The notes under the pieces: generated by a model
Told to the model about the DNA's origin: nothing
The model's database searches: none
Seen by the model: the letters and a program-made list of their open reading frames with translations, nothing else
In this document: positions 62,496-64,000 of the stretch, in pieces
How positions within the stretch are numbered: the first letter of the stretch is position 1
Layout of the letters: the number at the start of each line of letters is the position of its first letter
Assembly: GCA_965242925.1 (NCBI GenBank)
Contig: CBDEUM010000030.1
Span: 32,001-96,000, forward strand
Origin: Roseibacillus sp.
Lineage (GTDB): Bacteria > Verrucomicrobiota > Verrucomicrobiia > Verrucomicrobiales > Akkermansiaceae
Length of the DNA stretch: 64,000 nt
Direction: 5' to 3'
Made by a program: the position numbers and the translations under genes

Positions 62496-62634
62496 GGTGG
62501 AGGCCCGCAACCCTAGCTCACCTCGACCCAATCAGCAATGCCGGGAATTTGTCCTCTATCATGAATCGCGCTCCACCCCCTCATTCGCCTTCCCCGGAGG
62601 CAGTTGGTTGCAATTTACCCGTCATCACCACGCC

Positions 62635-64000
62635 TCACTCGGGGCCGTCAACCCGGAGGCGGATAAAGCGGGAGGTAACCCCGTCGTAGCCAAACAGATC
62701 GCCGGCCTGGATCCACTCGCCCTGATCCGTCTCCGCGATCACAATCTCGGACACGAAGTTGGGACCCGACTGCCAGGAAACGAGATCGGAGGAAACCTCC
62801 GGAATCACTTGGTAACCCTCCGAGAGATAGGCCCGGAAATAAACCAGATTCAGTTCCCCGTCGGGGGAACGGAAGGGCGTTACCAGGGCATCAGCGTCAG
62901 CAAGATGCGGGTCCAGCCCGAGGGCGAACTCGACCAGATTAGGCAGTCCATCTCCGTCCTCATCAGCTACTCTTCCCGCTCCAGCCCCCTCCGGTCCTCC
63001 AAACTGCCGTGCCGCCCATGCCTGATAGGAGTCCCGGAAAATAACGGTCACCTCGCCGGTTTGGACCGGACCAGCATCAGGAGTAGCGATCAGCGCGAAT
63101 GTATAGCGTCCTGCGACGGGCACGGTCACCGTGGTATCCTCGTTGCTCCCATTCCCCAAGGTGGCCACCGCGGGTCCATTCTCCAGAATCCAGTTGAGCG
63201 TGACGTCGGCACGATCAAGGGGACCGTAATGAACCGTGGCATTGAGGGTTGCACCCGCCGGCAGGGCGATTTCCTGGTCCACGCCACCAAAAACGAAGAA
63301 CCCGCTCCCGGCACCGGGTGACCCTCCCGCTGCCCGTGCTGACGTCCAGCTCTCCTTTTCACCCCATCGGCCGGGACTGCCGTATTCATCGACAATCACC
63401 AGAGAGTAGCCTCCCCCATCAGTGGAGGGATACCACCAGTCCCGGTAAATGAAATCGTGCACCACCGCATTGAGATCAACGATCTCCAATCGCAGGCGAT
63501 CCTGATCATTGTCGAGTTTTCCGGACCACTCCCCGGCAATGTTGACCCCGAATCCATGGACGGCCTGAAAGACGTCCTCATCTGAAACCACCACCGCATA
63601 CTCACCCGGCGCGAGAATCATTTCCGGAAACTCAAACTCGATCCCCTTCGTAAACTCGACTCCGTCGAGATTAATCGGAAGATTCCCAACGTTGCGAACT
63701 TCAATGAACTCGGAATCGGCAAACTCGACAGGGTGATACATGATCTCCGTCATCCGAAGCGACTCCAGCACGCGGTTTTCAGGGCTCAGGTCCGTGCTGT
63801 TCGAGAACCCGGGCGTCGGGACGGCAAACTGGACGTACAGCGACGCCCCGTCCGTTTCGCGACCCTGCGACTGATCCGGGGCATCACACGCGGTATGAAC
63901 CCGATCAATCTCCACCTGGTTCGATCCATAAATCGCCACCCACCCGTAGGCGGCCCCCAACTTGAAAGGCAGCTCAGAGGGACTGTTGGCACTGGTCCCC
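62635..64000 (-). CDS. Lamin-tail-domain secreted protein, C-terminal part (5' end outside the window)
   Basis: Frame open to the window edge; LTD (TEIMYHP..EFIEVRN), Ig/PKD-like segment, DEDGDGLPNLVEFALGLDP C-terminal module. Confidence 0.85.
   Translation of the reverse strand, partial: GTSANSPSELPFKLGAAYGWVAIYGSNQVEIDRVHTACDAPDQSQGRETDGASLYVQFAVPTPGFSNSTDLSPENRVLESLRMTEIMYHPVEFADSEFIEVRNVGNLPINLDGVEFTKGIEFEFPEMILAPGEYAVVVSDEDVFQAVHGFGVNIAGEWSGKLDNDQDRLRLEIVDLNAVVHDFIYRDWWYPSTDGGGYSLVIVDEYGSPGRWGEKESWTSARAAGGSPGAGSGFFVFGGVDQEIALPAGATLNATVHYGPLDRADVTLNWILENGPAVATLGNGSNEDTTVTVPVAGRYTFALIATPDAGPVQTGEVTVIFRDSYQAWAARQFGGPEGAGAGRVADEDGDGLPNLVEFALGLDPHLADADALVTPFRSPDGELNLVYFRAYLSEGYQVIPEVSSDLVSWQSGPNFVSEIVIAETDQGEWIQAGDLFGYDGVTSRFIRLRVDGPE

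Overview
This 64 kb window is gene-dense, GC-rich bacterial chromosome. It is most likely Verrucomicrobiota (Verrucomicrobiales-like), inferred from PVC-type heme proteins, lamin-tail/CotH proteins and a Verrucomicrobia-type LexA box. It carries about 49 CDS and one tRNA-Thr(UGU). Recognisable genes: mnmH, tatD-like, accA, acpP, thiH-thiS, maf, an imuA-imuB-dnaE2 mutasome with a perfect TGTTC-N4-GAACA box over its start codon, sucA-sucB, a GldA/F/G-like ABC plus DUF4340 operon, a BrnT/BrnA-like pair coupled to vanZ and ligA, putA, a GH75-like protein and a class B PBP. No CRISPR array, integrase, transposase, prophage or rRNA was seen. Two genes are split by single-base frameshifts at homopolymers (about 1510 and about 33545). 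The strongest novelty candidates are: (1) a shared C-terminal module on two large secreted lamin-tail proteins, a possible sorting signal; (2) an atypical BrnT-like pair embedded upstream of ligA; (3) a PBP2-DUF6941-SDR-GH75 cluster; (4) a LysM protein with a catalytically dead L,D-transpeptidase-like domain between acpP and accA. All family calls come from motif recognition by eye; no searches were run.
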